Shown in pieces: positions 28,972-37,882 of a DNA stretch of 39,285 nucleotides (positions are counted from its first letter, which is position 1; each line of letters starts with the position of its first letter). The notes beneath the pieces were generated by a model that saw only the letters and a list, made by a program, of their open reading frames with translations, was not told the origin of the DNA and made no database searches. Both the position numbers and the translations under genes were made by a program. Source of the DNA: Gaiellaceae bacterium (GTDB lineage Bacteria > Actinomycetota > Thermoleophilia > Gaiellales > Gaiellaceae); contig JAWVDY010000138.1 of assembly GCA_033856995.1 (NCBI GenBank), positions 1 through 39,285 of the forward strand. The letters run 5' to 3'.

Positions 28972-29843
28972 CGGCGGAGCTCCTCCGCTGCGCGCTCCGG
29001 CGCGAGCGTGTTGATGTAGTGGCCGGCGCCGAGCTCGAGCGACGCGTACACGTTCAGGCGCGGCACGAGCTCGAGATGCCAGTGACCCGCCTCGTGCAGC
29101 CAGAGGTTCGCCGGGCGCGGTCCCTCGAGCGCTCCAAGACGCCGTAGCGCTTCGGCGGCCAGCTCGAGCGCGGCGCCGAGCAGTGGGCTTTCGAAGCCGT
29201 CGCCGTCGTGCTCGACCGGCGCGATCAGGCACTCGAACGGCGAGCGGCTCGCATACGGGCAAAGAAGGACGAGCCCGCCGCCGTCCTCGACGATGCGGGT
29301 GCGTTCGCCGCGCTCGAGCTCGAGGTAGTCGCACAGGCGGCAACCGCAGCTGCTCTCGGCCCTCGGGATTGGGGGCTCGGCATCGAGCCAGACGAGCTGC
29401 GAGTGCGAGTGCAGCAGGCTGGCGCCGGCGGCGCGGCCCTCGTTGATCCCGGCGAAGAGCGTCCGGCCCTGCTCACGTGCATCCTCGGCGCGCAGGCGCC
29501 AGGCCTCGGCGACGAGACCGAGGCGAGCCGCGCCGAGCTCGGCGATCGAGCGGGCGTGCTCGGGCGAATGAACGACAACCTCCTGCCGCTCGAAGGCCGG
29601 GTACATGTTCGGCACGACGCGCACCCTCCAACCGGCCGTGTCGGGCTCGCGGCCCCCGGCCGGCAGCGCGAGCACCTCAGGCGGGGTGCGATCCTCGCGC
29701 CCCTCGCAGAACGGGCAGGACTCGAGCTCCTCGGCGGAGGCCGGCTCGAGCTGCGGGGAGTTGGCCCCCGGGCGGCCCGAGCGGCCCGGCGCGACCGCGA
29801 CGAGGCGGCCGGAGAGCGGGTCGACCCGCAGGTCCGGAGTCAG
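28968..29843 (-). CDS. Galactose-1-phosphate uridylyltransferase-like HIT-superfamily nucleotidyltransferase (probable CTG start)
   Basis: Track ORF 28968..29675 contains [34 protein letters not shown] and [10 protein letters not shown]. In-frame upstream sequence encodes [27 protein letters not shown]...[15 protein letters not shown], the family's Zn-binding N-terminus, with no ATG, GTG or TTG. CTG 29843 overlaps the SPFH stop (CTGA). Confidence 0.8.
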   Translation of the reverse strand: MTPDLRVDPLSGRLVAVAPGRSGRPGANSPQLEPASAEELESCPFCEGREDRTPPEVLALPAGGREPDTAGWRVRVVPNMYPAFERQEVVVHSPEHARSIAELGAARLGLVAEAWRLRAEDAREQGRTLFAGINEGRAAGASLLHSHSQLVWLDAEPPIPRAESSCGCRLCDYLELERGERTRIVEDGGGLVLLCPYASRSPFECLIAPVEHDGDGFESPLLGAALELAAEALRRLGALEGPRPANLWLHEAGHWHLELVPRLNVYASLELGAGHYINTLAPERAAEELRR

Positions 29844-30604
29844 GGCTTCTTGGCGCGCTCGAGGAACGGCGTCAGCAGGTCGATCGGTGCAGGGAAGACG
29901 ATCGTCGTCGACTGCGACGAGCCGAGCTCGAGCAGCGTCTGCAGGTAGCGCAGCTGGAGCGCGATCGGGTGCTCCTCGATCACGAGTGCCGCGTCCTTCA
30001 GCCGCTCGGAGGCCTGGAACTCGCCCTCGGCGTTGATCACCTTCGCGCGCCGCTCACGCTCGGCCTCGGCCTGTCGCGCCATCGCGCGCTGCATTCCCGA
30101 GGGGATCTCGACGTCCTTGACCTCGACGATCGAGACCTTGATTCCCCAGGGGGACGTGGCCTCGTCGATGATCTCCTGCAGGATCGCGTTGATCTTGTCG
30201 CGCTCCGAGAGCAGCTCGTCGAGCAGATGCTGGCCGAGCACCGACCGCAGCGTCGTCTGCGCGATCTGCGAGGTCGCGACCATGAAGTTCTCGATCTGCA
30301 CGATCGCGTTCTTCGGCTCGACGATCCGGAAGTAGGCGACAGCATTCACCCGCGCCGGGACGTTGTCCTTGGTGATCACTTCCTGCGGCGGGATGTTCAG
30401 CGTGATCGTCCGCAGGTCGACCTTGACCATCCGGTCGACGATCGGAATCAGGATGAACAGTCCCGGGCCCTTCGGCTCCGGCAGGAGCCGGCCGAGCCGG
30501 AAGACGATCCCGCGTTCGTACTCGCGCGCCACCTTGATCGCCGAGATCAGGAAGAGCACGACGATGAAGAGCAGTACAACGACGATGATCGCGGCGGCGG
30601 TCAC
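29840..30604 (-). CDS. SPFH/Band 7 (stomatin-like) membrane protein
   Basis: An N-terminal TM helix is followed by [38 protein letters not shown]...[17 protein letters not shown]...[29 protein letters not shown]. Confidence 0.9.
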   Translation of the reverse strand: MTAAAIIVVVLLFIVVLFLISAIKVAREYERGIVFRLGRLLPEPKGPGLFILIPIVDRMVKVDLRTITLNIPPQEVITKDNVPARVNAVAYFRIVEPKNAIVQIENFMVATSQIAQTTLRSVLGQHLLDELLSERDKINAILQEIIDEATSPWGIKVSIVEVKDVEIPSGMQRAMARQAEAERERRAKVINAEGEFQASERLKDAALVIEEHPIALQLRYLQTLLELGSSQSTTIVFPAPIDLLTPFLERAKKP

Positions 30605-30727
30605 GACGAGGATCCTACCCCTACGTCCTGGAGACCACGAGCGGAAAGAACACCAAGCTGGTGCGTTGGACGGCCACGCGGGCGAGGCCCGCGCGACCTA
30701 CTTGGTCGGCGCCGCCTAGTCGGCGCC

Positions 30728-32026
30728 TTAGTCGGAGACGGGTTCCACGAGGAGCGTCAGCTCCGGGCCGACTCCGGCAACGCGCACCCGCTCGCCCGGA
30801 TGCAGCTGCTCGCCGCCTGTGGTCCGCGCCCGCCAGAGCTCGCCCTGCACGAACACCAGGTCGTCGCGCCTGACCTGGCCGACCTCGCCGACCATCGTCT
30901 GCGGGCCGACGGCCACGGGACTTCGCCGGACCTGCACGGCCTTTGTCATCGCGAAGGCCCAGATGCCGCCGAGCACGACCGCGAAGCCGACGAGCAGCGG
31001 CGTGTTGTGCTGGTTGTACGGCGCCGGCGCGTTGTGGAAGAGCAGCAGCGACCCGACGACCATGCTGATCAGTCCTGACACCGTGAGCGCGCCGTGGGTG
31101 ATCACGTGTGCGTCGATCACGAGCAGCGCCGCGCCGAGGATCAGCAGCGCGAGGCCGGCCCAGCTGATCGGAAGCACGGCGAAGCCGAACAGCGCGAGCA
31201 CGAGCGAGACGCCGCCGAGCGCACCCGGGAGCACGATCCCCGGGTGGAAGACCTCGAAGCCGAGCCCCGCGATCCCGGCAAGGAAGAGCAGCGGGATCAG
31301 GTTCGGGTCGATCAGCGTGTTCAGCAGGCTCGTGAAGAAGCCGGGGTGCACGCTGACGATCCGGGCGCCCGCGGTGTGGAGCGTGAAGTTCTTGCCGATC
31401 GTCTTGCGGCCGTCGAGCTTGTCGAGGAGCGCCGGCAGGGTGGGCGCGAGCACGTCGACGACGTTCATCTTCTTCGCAGTCTGCTCGTCGAGGTTCGAGG
31501 CCTTCCGAACGGCCAGGGCGGCCCAGGCCGCGTCTCGGTGGTGAAAGCGCATCAGGCTCGTCAGTGATGCGACGGCGTCGTTGATCACCTTCCGGCGCAG
31601 GTCGGAGCCGAGGTTCTGGCCGCTCGAATCGATCGGCGTCGAGGAGCCGATGTTCGTCGCGGGAGCCATGGCCGCGATGTCCGCGGCCTGCGTGATCCAG
31701 ACCCCCGCAGAGGCAGCCCTCGCGCCGCTCGACGAGACGTAGACGATCACCGGGACCTTGAGGCCGATCTCCTTCTTGACGATCTTGCGCATCGACTCCG
31801 AAAGGCCGCCCGGAGTGTCGAGCACGATCACGGCGGCGTCGTAGTGATCCTTCTGCGCCACGTCGAGCTCGTGGTCGAGATAGCTCGAGGTGACCGGGTT
31901 GACCTCCAGCTCGAAGTGGATCGCGAGCACACGGGGCTGCCCGGAGGAGGCGGCGAGAGCAAGTGCCGGAACGGCGAGGGCCGCTGCCACCGAGCCGAAA
32001 AATGCCCGCAAGAACGGCCCTTTCAC
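30728..32026 (-). CDS. NfeD-family membrane-bound ClpP-class serine protease
   Basis: The signal-like N-terminus is VKGPFLRAFFGSVAAALAVPALALAA. The ClpP-like domain reads AAVIVLDTPGGLSESMRKIV...YVSSSGARAASAGVWI. TM helices and a C-terminal NfeD OB domain (GEVGQVRRDDLVFVQGELWRA) follow. GTG 32026 is preferred, because the upstream 158 codons of the track ORF overlap the divergent amidase gene and are Arg/Ser-rich. Confidence 0.85.
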   Translation of the reverse strand: MKGPFLRAFFGSVAAALAVPALALAASSGQPRVLAIHFELEVNPVTSSYLDHELDVAQKDHYDAAVIVLDTPGGLSESMRKIVKKEIGLKVPVIVYVSSSGARAASAGVWITQAADIAAMAPATNIGSSTPIDSSGQNLGSDLRRKVINDAVASLTSLMRFHHRDAAWAALAVRKASNLDEQTAKKMNVVDVLAPTLPALLDKLDGRKTIGKNFTLHTAGARIVSVHPGFFTSLLNTLIDPNLIPLLFLAGIAGLGFEVFHPGIVLPGALGGVSLVLALFGFAVLPISWAGLALLILGAALLVIDAHVITHGALTVSGLISMVVGSLLLFHNAPAPYNQHNTPLLVGFAVVLGGIWAFAMTKAVQVRRSPVAVGPQTMVGEVGQVRRDDLVFVQGELWRARTTGGEQLHPGERVRVAGVGPELTLLVEPVSD

Positions 32027-32036
32027 GGTCGTAAAG

Positions 32037-32045
32037 ATTCTATCA
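32037..32045 (-). promoter_or_regulatory. Candidate extended -10 TGATAGAAT for the nfeD operon
   Basis: The reverse strand reads ctcgcTGATAGAATctttacgaccGTG. It combines a TGn extension with TAGAAT and lies 10 nt upstream of GTG 32026, in the AT-richest part of the divergent intergenic region. Confidence 0.4.
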
Positions 32046-32108
32046 GCGAGCAGTGGTCTTCCTTGCGGGCGAGGAAGTCCTCTGCGACTCTCGAAGTCGG
32101 GTCGTTCC

Positions 32109-34166
32109 TTGAGATCGCTACTAATCGCAGCCGTCCTTGCCGCCGTGCTGCCCGGCTCCGCACTCGCCGCCGGGCTCGTGCAGCAACGAGACCTCCAGCC
32201 GCAGGCTGCGCGGCGCGTGCTCTCGCCGGGCATCTTCGAGCTCGTCGGCTTCCATTGGCGTGGCCCGGGACTGGTCCGTTTCCGGACGCGTGACCTTGCC
32301 GGTCGCTGGAGTCCGTGGCGGCTGTCGACGGAGGAGGACGCGGCGCCCGATCGAAGCCGGGAGCGGACGACGCCCGGCTGGCGCGTCGGCGAGCCGTTCT
32401 GGACCGGGCCTTCGAGCCGGATCGCGTACCGCACGGCCGGCCGCGTGACCCGGCTCAGGGCGGTCCTCGTCCGCAGCCCGACATTGGCAGGCCCCGCCAA
32501 GCGCGCCGAGATCGCAGGCGGTCCGTCGATCGTGACGCGGGCGGGCTGGCACGCCGACGAGTCGATCCGCCGCGCGGCGCCGTACTACGCCGACGGGATC
32601 CACCTCGCGATCGTCCATCACACCGCGGGGTCGAATGCCTACTCGAAGTCGCAGTCCGCCTCGATCGTGCGGGCGATCGAGCTCTACCACGTCAAGGGCA
32701 ACGGCTGGAACGACATCGGCTACAACTTCCTCGTCGACAAGTACGGCCAGATCTTCGAAGGCCGCTACGGCGGGATGACGCGGCCGGTCGTCGGCGCTCA
32801 CGCGATGGGCTTCAACAGCGGCTCGGTCGGGGTTGCGGTGATCGGCGACTACAGCTCGACCTCGATCACGCCGGCCGCCCGTGCCGCGCTCGTCTCCCTG
32901 ATCGCCTGGCGGCTCGACCTCGCGCACGTCGATCCGCTCTCGAGCGTCGTGCGCGTCTCGGCGGGGAACCCGCGCTACCCCGCAGGCAGGGCGGTCACGC
33001 TGCGCGCGATCTCCGGCCATCGCGACGTCTACCCGACGAGCTGTCCTGGCGCGAGCCTCTACGCGCAGCTTCCGTCGATCCGCTCGGCCGTCGCGAGCAC
33101 GGGGCTTCCGAAGCTCTACTCGCCGACTGTGAGCGGCGCGATCGGGGAGCCGCTCCGGTTCACCGCGCGGCTCTCGGGCGAGGCCGGCTGGACCGTGACC
33201 GTGCGCGACGCGTCCGGGACGACCGTGGCGAGCGGTACCGGGACGGGGACGCACGCCGACTGGACCTGGGATGCGACCGCTGCGCCTGAGGGTCGCTACA
33301 CGTGGGCGATCACCGCTCCCCAGATGCGCGCGGCGACCGGTTCGATCGGCGACGCCCCGGCCCCGCTTGCGCTGCAGCAGCTCCGCGTGGCCCCGACGAT
33401 CGTCTCGCCGAACGGCGACGGCCGTGGTGACGATGCCAAGGTCGCGTACAGGCTCTCGACCGCCGCCACCGTCACCGCGACGGTGCAGGACGCGCTCGGG
33501 AGCGCCGTCGGCACGCTCTTCAGCGGCCCGCGCGCCGCCGGCAAGCAGGAGCTCACCTGGAGCCCGGATGCGCTCCCGGACGGAAGGTACCGGCTGGCGG
33601 TGACGGCAACCGCGGCAGGGAAGCAGGTTCAGAGCTCGTCGCGGTTCTGGGTCGACCGCACGCTCGCCGGGACTTCGGTCGACACGCCGGTGATCTCGCC
33701 GAACGGGGACGGCACTCTCGATGCGGTCGCGCTCTCGTTCTCGCTGCTGAATCCGGCGCACGTGAAGGTGCAGGTACTGCGTGGCACCAGGATCGTCTCG
33801 TCGCTCGCGGAGCAGGACTTCGCGCCCGGGACCCAGCAGCTCAGCTGGGACGGAGGCGGGCTTGCCGACGGGCGCTACACGGTCGCGGTGCGCGCGACCG
33901 ACTCGCTCCTCGACGTGACGCAGAGCGCGACGGTGCGGATCGATCGCCGGCCGCCGTCGCTGCGGCTTGTCTCCCGCGTGTCGCTGATCTTCCGGGTCTC
34001 GGAGCCGGGCTCCCTGGTCGCGGCGGTCAACGGCCGCTGGCGGCGGCTGAAGGTGCGGCGGGCGGGGCTCGTCCACCTCGCGCACGTCGGCGCGGTGCGG
34101 GGGCTGACCGCGTACGCGGTCGATCTCGCCGGCAACCGGAGCCGCGTCGTCAGCTTCCGGCGCTGA
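32109..34166 (+). CDS. Secreted N-acetylmuramoyl-L-alanine amidase (Amidase_2/PGRP domain) with three FlgD-Ig-like repeats
   Basis: The TTG start gives the signal peptide MRSLLIAAVLAAVLPGSALAAG. The Amidase_2 domain reads IVHHTAGSN...IELYHVKGNGWNDIGYNFLVDKYGQIFEGR...GAHAMGFNSGSVGVAVIGDY...ISGHRDVYPTSCPG. The C-terminal repeats read SPNGDG..D...LS......V.V.D..G......G..YR/YT. There is no canonical in-frame start between the nfeD start and 32109. Confidence 0.85.
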   Translation: MRSLLIAAVLAAVLPGSALAAGLVQQRDLQPQAARRVLSPGIFELVGFHWRGPGLVRFRTRDLAGRWSPWRLSTEEDAAPDRSRERTTPGWRVGEPFWTGPSSRIAYRTAGRVTRLRAVLVRSPTLAGPAKRAEIAGGPSIVTRAGWHADESIRRAAPYYADGIHLAIVHHTAGSNAYSKSQSASIVRAIELYHVKGNGWNDIGYNFLVDKYGQIFEGRYGGMTRPVVGAHAMGFNSGSVGVAVIGDYSSTSITPAARAALVSLIAWRLDLAHVDPLSSVVRVSAGNPRYPAGRAVTLRAISGHRDVYPTSCPGASLYAQLPSIRSAVASTGLPKLYSPTVSGAIGEPLRFTARLSGEAGWTVTVRDASGTTVASGTGTGTHADWTWDATAAPEGRYTWAITAPQMRAATGSIGDAPAPLALQQLRVAPTIVSPNGDGRGDDAKVAYRLSTAATVTATVQDALGSAVGTLFSGPRAAGKQELTWSPDALPDGRYRLAVTATAAGKQVQSSSRFWVDRTLAGTSVDTPVISPNGDGTLDAVALSFSLLNPAHVKVQVLRGTRIVSSLAEQDFAPGTQQLSWDGGGLADGRYTVAVRATDSLLDVTQSATVRIDRRPPSLRLVSRVSLIFRVSEPGSLVAAVNGRWRRLKVRRAGLVHLAHVGAVRGLTAYAVDLAGNRSRVVSFRR

Positions 34167-34731
34167 GCCAGGCGTCGTAACGACGCTCGAGTCGCTCGAG
34201 CAACTCGACGAGCAGCTCCGCGCGATCGAGCTCCTGCCCCGTCTCGACGAGCAGAGAGGTCGCCGCCCGGGCCACCTCCTGAGGGAGATCCACGGCCGGG
34301 ACGTTGACGTTCACGCCCACGCCGAGCACGACCCGCTCCTCACGCGCCTCGGCGAGGATCCCGGCGACCTTGCGGCCGCCGAGCAGCAGGTCGTTCGGGA
34401 ACTTCAGCTCCGGCTCAAGGCCCGTCAGCGCCGCGATCGCCTCCGCGCACGCGTGTGCCGCCACGCCGGTTAGCTCCGGCAGGCGCTCCTGCGGCACGCC
34501 GGGCCGCAGCTGCAGCGAGCAGAGGAGGCTCGTGCCGGCAGGCGCAAGCCAGAGCCGGCCGAGCCGGCCGCGGCCCGCCGTCTGCTCCTCGGCGGTCACG
34601 AGCGCTCCCTCGCGGGCGTCTGCCGCCACGAGCAGCTGCGTCGACGGGGTCGAGCCGACGTGCTCGTACGGGCGGCCGAGCCGGCCGCGCAGCCGCGGCA
34701 CGACCGCATCGGCCGCCAGCGAGTCGGTCAT
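34150..34731 (-). CDS. birA: Biotin--[acetyl-CoA-carboxylase] ligase, catalytic-only type (no N-terminal HTH)
   Basis: The catalytic motifs are EEQTAGRGRLGRLWLAPAG...LKFPNDLLLGGRKVAGILAEA...LGVGVNVN. ATG 34731 (MTDSLAAD) is preferred over 34758. The gene overlaps the amidase gene 3' end by 17 nt, convergently. Confidence 0.8.
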   Translation of the reverse strand: MTDSLAADAVVPRLRGRLGRPYEHVGSTPSTQLLVAADAREGALVTAEEQTAGRGRLGRLWLAPAGTSLLCSLQLRPGVPQERLPELTGVAAHACAEAIAALTGLEPELKFPNDLLLGGRKVAGILAEAREERVVLGVGVNVNVPAVDLPQEVARAATSLLVETGQELDRAELLVELLERLERRYDAWLSAGS

Positions 34732-34738
34732 CGCCAAA

Positions 34739-34745
34739 TACACTA
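34739..34745. promoter_or_regulatory. Overlapping divergent candidate -10 hexamers: TACACT (+, toward fabZ) and TAGTGT (-, 8 nt upstream of birA ATG)
   Basis: The plus strand reads aaaTACACTAgg. The minus strand reads ccgccTAGTGTatttggcgATG. Both hexamers fit TAnnnT. Confidence 0.35.
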
Positions 34746-34781
34746 GGCGGCCGTGCAACCCGACCTTCGCCCGCGCCTCGC

Positions 34782-35213
34782 GTGACGGTCCTCAACCGCC
34801 AGGAGATCGAGGAGATCCTGCCGCACCGTGAGCCGTTCCTCCTCATCGACGAGGTGCTCGAGCTCGAGCCCGGCGAGCGGGTGGTCGCGCGCAAGACCGT
34901 GCGGCCCGACGAGTGGTATCTGGCGGGTCATTTCCCGGGCCGCCCGATCATGCCCGGCGTCTTGATCGTCGAGGCGATGGCGCAGACCGGCGCCGTCGCG
35001 GTCCTCACGCAGGAAGAGAACCGCGGCCGGCTCGCGCTGTTCGCCGGGATCGACGACGTCCGCTTCAAGCGCATCGTCGAGCCGGGCGACGAGCTCGTCT
35101 TCGAGTGCGTGATCGACACCGTGCGCGGGCCGATCGGCAAGGGCAAGGCGACGGCGCACGTCGACGGCCAGCTCGCGGCCCGCGGGACGCTCACGTTTGC
35201 GGTGGAACGATGA
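34782..35213 (+). CDS. fabZ: 3-hydroxyacyl-ACP dehydratase FabZ
   Basis: From in-frame GTG 34782 the sequence is (M)TVLNRQEIEEILPHREPFLLIDEVLELEPGERVVARKTV..DEWYLAGHFPGRPIMPGVLIVEAMAQTG. Confidence 0.9.
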   Translation: MTVLNRQEIEEILPHREPFLLIDEVLELEPGERVVARKTVRPDEWYLAGHFPGRPIMPGVLIVEAMAQTGAVAVLTQEENRGRLALFAGIDDVRFKRIVEPGDELVFECVIDTVRGPIGKGKATAHVDGQLAARGTLTFAVER

Positions 35214-36223
35214 TCGGCACCGCCAACGGCGTCGCCATCTCGATCACCGGCATCGGCGCCCGCGTGCCCGACCGGGTGGTCACGAACGACGAGCTCTCGA
35301 CGATGATGGAGACCTCCGACGAGTGGATCATCGAGCGCACCGGTATCCGGGAGCGCCGCATCGCAGAACCGGGGGAGGCGCTCTCCGACCTCTGCCTCCC
35401 GGCCGCGCACGACGCGCTGGAGCAGGCAGGACTCGAGGCCGCGCAAATCGACCTGATCATCGTCGCGACGGTCACACCTGACATGGCCTTCCCGTCGACC
35501 GGCGCGATCCTCGCCGACCGCCTCGGCGCTCCGGACGCGGCGGCCTACGACCTGTCGGCCGGCTGCACGGGCTTCATGTACGCGGTCGCGCAGGGCTACG
35601 GCATGCTGGCTGCGGGTCTCGCGCAGAAGGCGCTGATCGTCGGCGGCGACGTGCTCTCGCGGATCCTGGACTGGACCGACCGCGGCACCGCCGTTCTCTT
35701 CGGTGACGGCGCGGGCGCGGTCGTGCTCGAGAGGGTGGATCGCGGCGGCTTCCTCGGCTTCGAGCTCGGCGCCGACGGCTCGGGTGGCCCGCAGCTCTAC
35801 CTGCCCGCAGGCGGGTCCGCGCGCCCCGCGACCGCGGAGTCCGTGGCCGAGCGGCTGCACTTCGTGAAGATGAACGGCCGGGAGGTCTTCAAGTTCGCAA
35901 CGCGCGTCCTCGTCACGTCCGCAAAGGCCGTGCTGGCCGAGTGCGACCGCACGATCGACGACGTGGACGTCTACGTGCCGCACCAGGCGAACGTCAGAAT
36001 CATCGAGCACGCGCGACAAAGACTCGGGATCCCGGAGGAGAAGACCGTGGTTGACGTCGACCGCTACGGGAACACCTCCTCGGGCTCGATTCCGCTTGCG
36101 CTCGCCGACGCGCAGGCCGACGGACGGCTGCACGGAGGCCAGCTCGTGCTGATGACGGGGATGGGTGCCGGGCTCACTTGGGGCTCCGGTTTGATCGAAT
36201 GGACAGACGGAGGAACTGGATGA
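35210..36223 (+). CDS. fabH: Beta-ketoacyl-ACP synthase III
   Basis: The sequence includes TNDELSTMMETSDEWIIERTGIRERR...DLSAGCTGFMYA...VPHQANVRII...YGNTSSGSIPLAL. ATG overlaps the fabZ stop (ATGA). Confidence 0.92.
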   Translation: MIGTANGVAISITGIGARVPDRVVTNDELSTMMETSDEWIIERTGIRERRIAEPGEALSDLCLPAAHDALEQAGLEAAQIDLIIVATVTPDMAFPSTGAILADRLGAPDAAAYDLSAGCTGFMYAVAQGYGMLAAGLAQKALIVGGDVLSRILDWTDRGTAVLFGDGAGAVVLERVDRGGFLGFELGADGSGGPQLYLPAGGSARPATAESVAERLHFVKMNGREVFKFATRVLVTSAKAVLAECDRTIDDVDVYVPHQANVRIIEHARQRLGIPEEKTVVDVDRYGNTSSGSIPLALADAQADGRLHGGQLVLMTGMGAGLTWGSGLIEWTDGGTG

Positions 36224-37152
36224 GCGCCACGAAGATCGCATTCTGCTTTCCCGGCCAGGGCTCGCTCGAGGCGGGTATGGGCCGTGAGATCGCCCTCGCC
36301 GTGCCCGCGGCGATGGAGGTCTACCGCCAGGCGAGCGAGGCCTCGGGCCTCGACCTCGTCCGGCTCTGCTTCGATGCGCCCGAGGAGGAGCTCGTCCAGA
36401 CGGAGGTGCAGCAGCCGGCGCTCGTGGCCACGAGCCTCGCCGTTCTGGCGGCCCTGCGGTCGGAGGGCTTCGAGCCTGACGTCGTGGTCGGCCACTCGGT
36501 CGGGGAGTTCGCCGCGCTGGCGGCGGCGCAGGCCCTTTCGACCGAGGACGCGATCAGGCTCGTCCGCGAGCGCGGCCTCGCGATGGCCGAGGCGGCGCGC
36601 GAGAACCCGGGCTCGATGGCCGCGATTCTCGGGCTCGAGGACGAGGTCGTCGAAGCGCTCTGCGAGCGAATCGCGAACGTGTGGCCGGCGAATTACAACT
36701 GCCCCGGCCAGATCGTCATCTCCGGCCAGAACCCCTCGGTGGACGAGTGTTGCAGCGAGGCCGAGCGCGAGGGCGCGCGGCGCACGGTCAAGCTCCGCGT
36801 CTCGGGGGCGTTCCACAGCCCCCTTATAAGAGCCGCGGCCGAGCACCTGCGCCCCGCGATCGAGCGCGCGAAGTTCTCCGATCCGGTTGCGCCGTTCATG
36901 TCCACGGTGTCGGCGAAGATCGAGCCCGCCCAGCGGATGGCGGCGCTCCTGGTCGAGCAGCTGACGGCGCCGGTGCGCTTCACCCAGGCGGCGCGCGAGC
37001 TCATGCGCCAGGGCGTGAAGGTCTTCGTCGAGGTCGGCCCCGGCAACGTCCTGAGCGGTTTACTGAAGCGGATCGACCGCAGCGTCAAGGCGATCCCGGT
37101 GGGCGACCTCGCGTCCCTGGAGAAGCTCCGGGAGACTCTCAACTCTGCCTGA
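36220..37152 (+). CDS. fabD: Malonyl CoA-ACP transacylase
   Basis: The sequence includes IAFCFPGQGSLEAGMG...TEVQQPALVATSLA...VVGHSVGEFAALAAA...VSGAFHSPL. ATG overlaps the fabH stop (ATGA). Confidence 0.92.
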   Translation: MSATKIAFCFPGQGSLEAGMGREIALAVPAAMEVYRQASEASGLDLVRLCFDAPEEELVQTEVQQPALVATSLAVLAALRSEGFEPDVVVGHSVGEFAALAAAQALSTEDAIRLVRERGLAMAEAARENPGSMAAILGLEDEVVEALCERIANVWPANYNCPGQIVISGQNPSVDECCSEAEREGARRTVKLRVSGAFHSPLIRAAAEHLRPAIERAKFSDPVAPFMSTVSAKIEPAQRMAALLVEQLTAPVRFTQAARELMRQGVKVFVEVGPGNVLSGLLKRIDRSVKAIPVGDLASLEKLRETLNSA

Positions 37153-37156
37153 CGCG

Positions 37157-37879
37157 GTGTTCTGCTCGCTCGAGGGCAAGACGGCGCTCGTCACCGGTGG
37201 CTCGCGTGGGATCGGCCGTGCGATCGCGCTCGAGCTGGCGCGCGCCGGAGCCGAGGTGGTGGTCGGTTACCGGTCCGGCGCCGAGGAGGCCGAGGCGGTC
37301 GCGCAGGAGGCGGGTGGGCGCGCGGTCCACGGGGACGTCTCCGACGCGGAGCAGGCGAAGCGCCTCGTCGAGGAGGCCGGCGAGCTCGACATCCTCGTCA
37401 ACAACGCCGGGCTGACCCGCGACGGCCTGCTCGCGCGGATGACCGACGAGGACTGGCGCGACGTGATCGAGACCAACCTCTCGTCGGTCTTCTACACCTG
37501 CCGCGCCGTCACCCGCGGGATGATGAAGAAGCGCGCAGGCGCGATCGTGAATGTCTCCAGCATCGTCGGCGTCCACGGCAACTGGGGCCAGACGAACTAC
37601 GGCGCCTCGAAGGCCGGGATCATCGGCTTCACGAAATCGCTCGCCCGCGAGCTCGGCAGCCGCAACGTGCGCGCGAACGTGGTCGCGCCCGGCTACGTGA
37701 ACACGCGCTTGACCGAGGTGCTCCCGGAGGAGGCGCAGCAGGCGATGCTCGGGAATACACCGCTCGGCCGGCTCGGCGAGCCGGAGGACATCGCCGGGGC
37801 GGTACGCTTCCTCTGCTCCGACGAGGCCGCGTTCATAACGGGCGAGGTGCTGCTCGTCGACGGCGGGCTGGGGATGTGA
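37157..37879 (+). CDS. fabG: 3-oxoacyl-ACP reductase
   Basis: The SDR motifs are GKTALVTGGSRGIGRAIA...LVNNAGLTRD...NVSSIVG..GNWGQTNYGASKAG...NVVAPGYV.T. Confidence 0.92.
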   Translation: MFCSLEGKTALVTGGSRGIGRAIALELARAGAEVVVGYRSGAEEAEAVAQEAGGRAVHGDVSDAEQAKRLVEEAGELDILVNNAGLTRDGLLARMTDEDWRDVIETNLSSVFYTCRAVTRGMMKKRAGAIVNVSSIVGVHGNWGQTNYGASKAGIIGFTKSLARELGSRNVRANVVAPGYVNTRLTEVLPEEAQQAMLGNTPLGRLGEPEDIAGAVRFLCSDEAAFITGEVLLVDGGLGM

Positions 37880-37882
37880 ATT

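Noticed and set aside
32027-32500. N-terminal 158 codons of track ORF 30728..32500 (extended NfeD)
   Set aside because: The extension is Arg/Ser-rich and overlaps the divergent amidase gene. The NfeD signal-like sequence begins at GTG 32026, which also has an extended -10 just upstream.
32121-36241. 654-aa ORF antisense to the amidase gene (32121..34085) and 437-aa ORF antisense to fabH (34928..36241), plus 656-aa ORF 37139..39109 antisense to fabG/fabF
   Set aside because: These are shadow frames of well-supported genes, with Arg-rich and Asp-rich translations and no domains.
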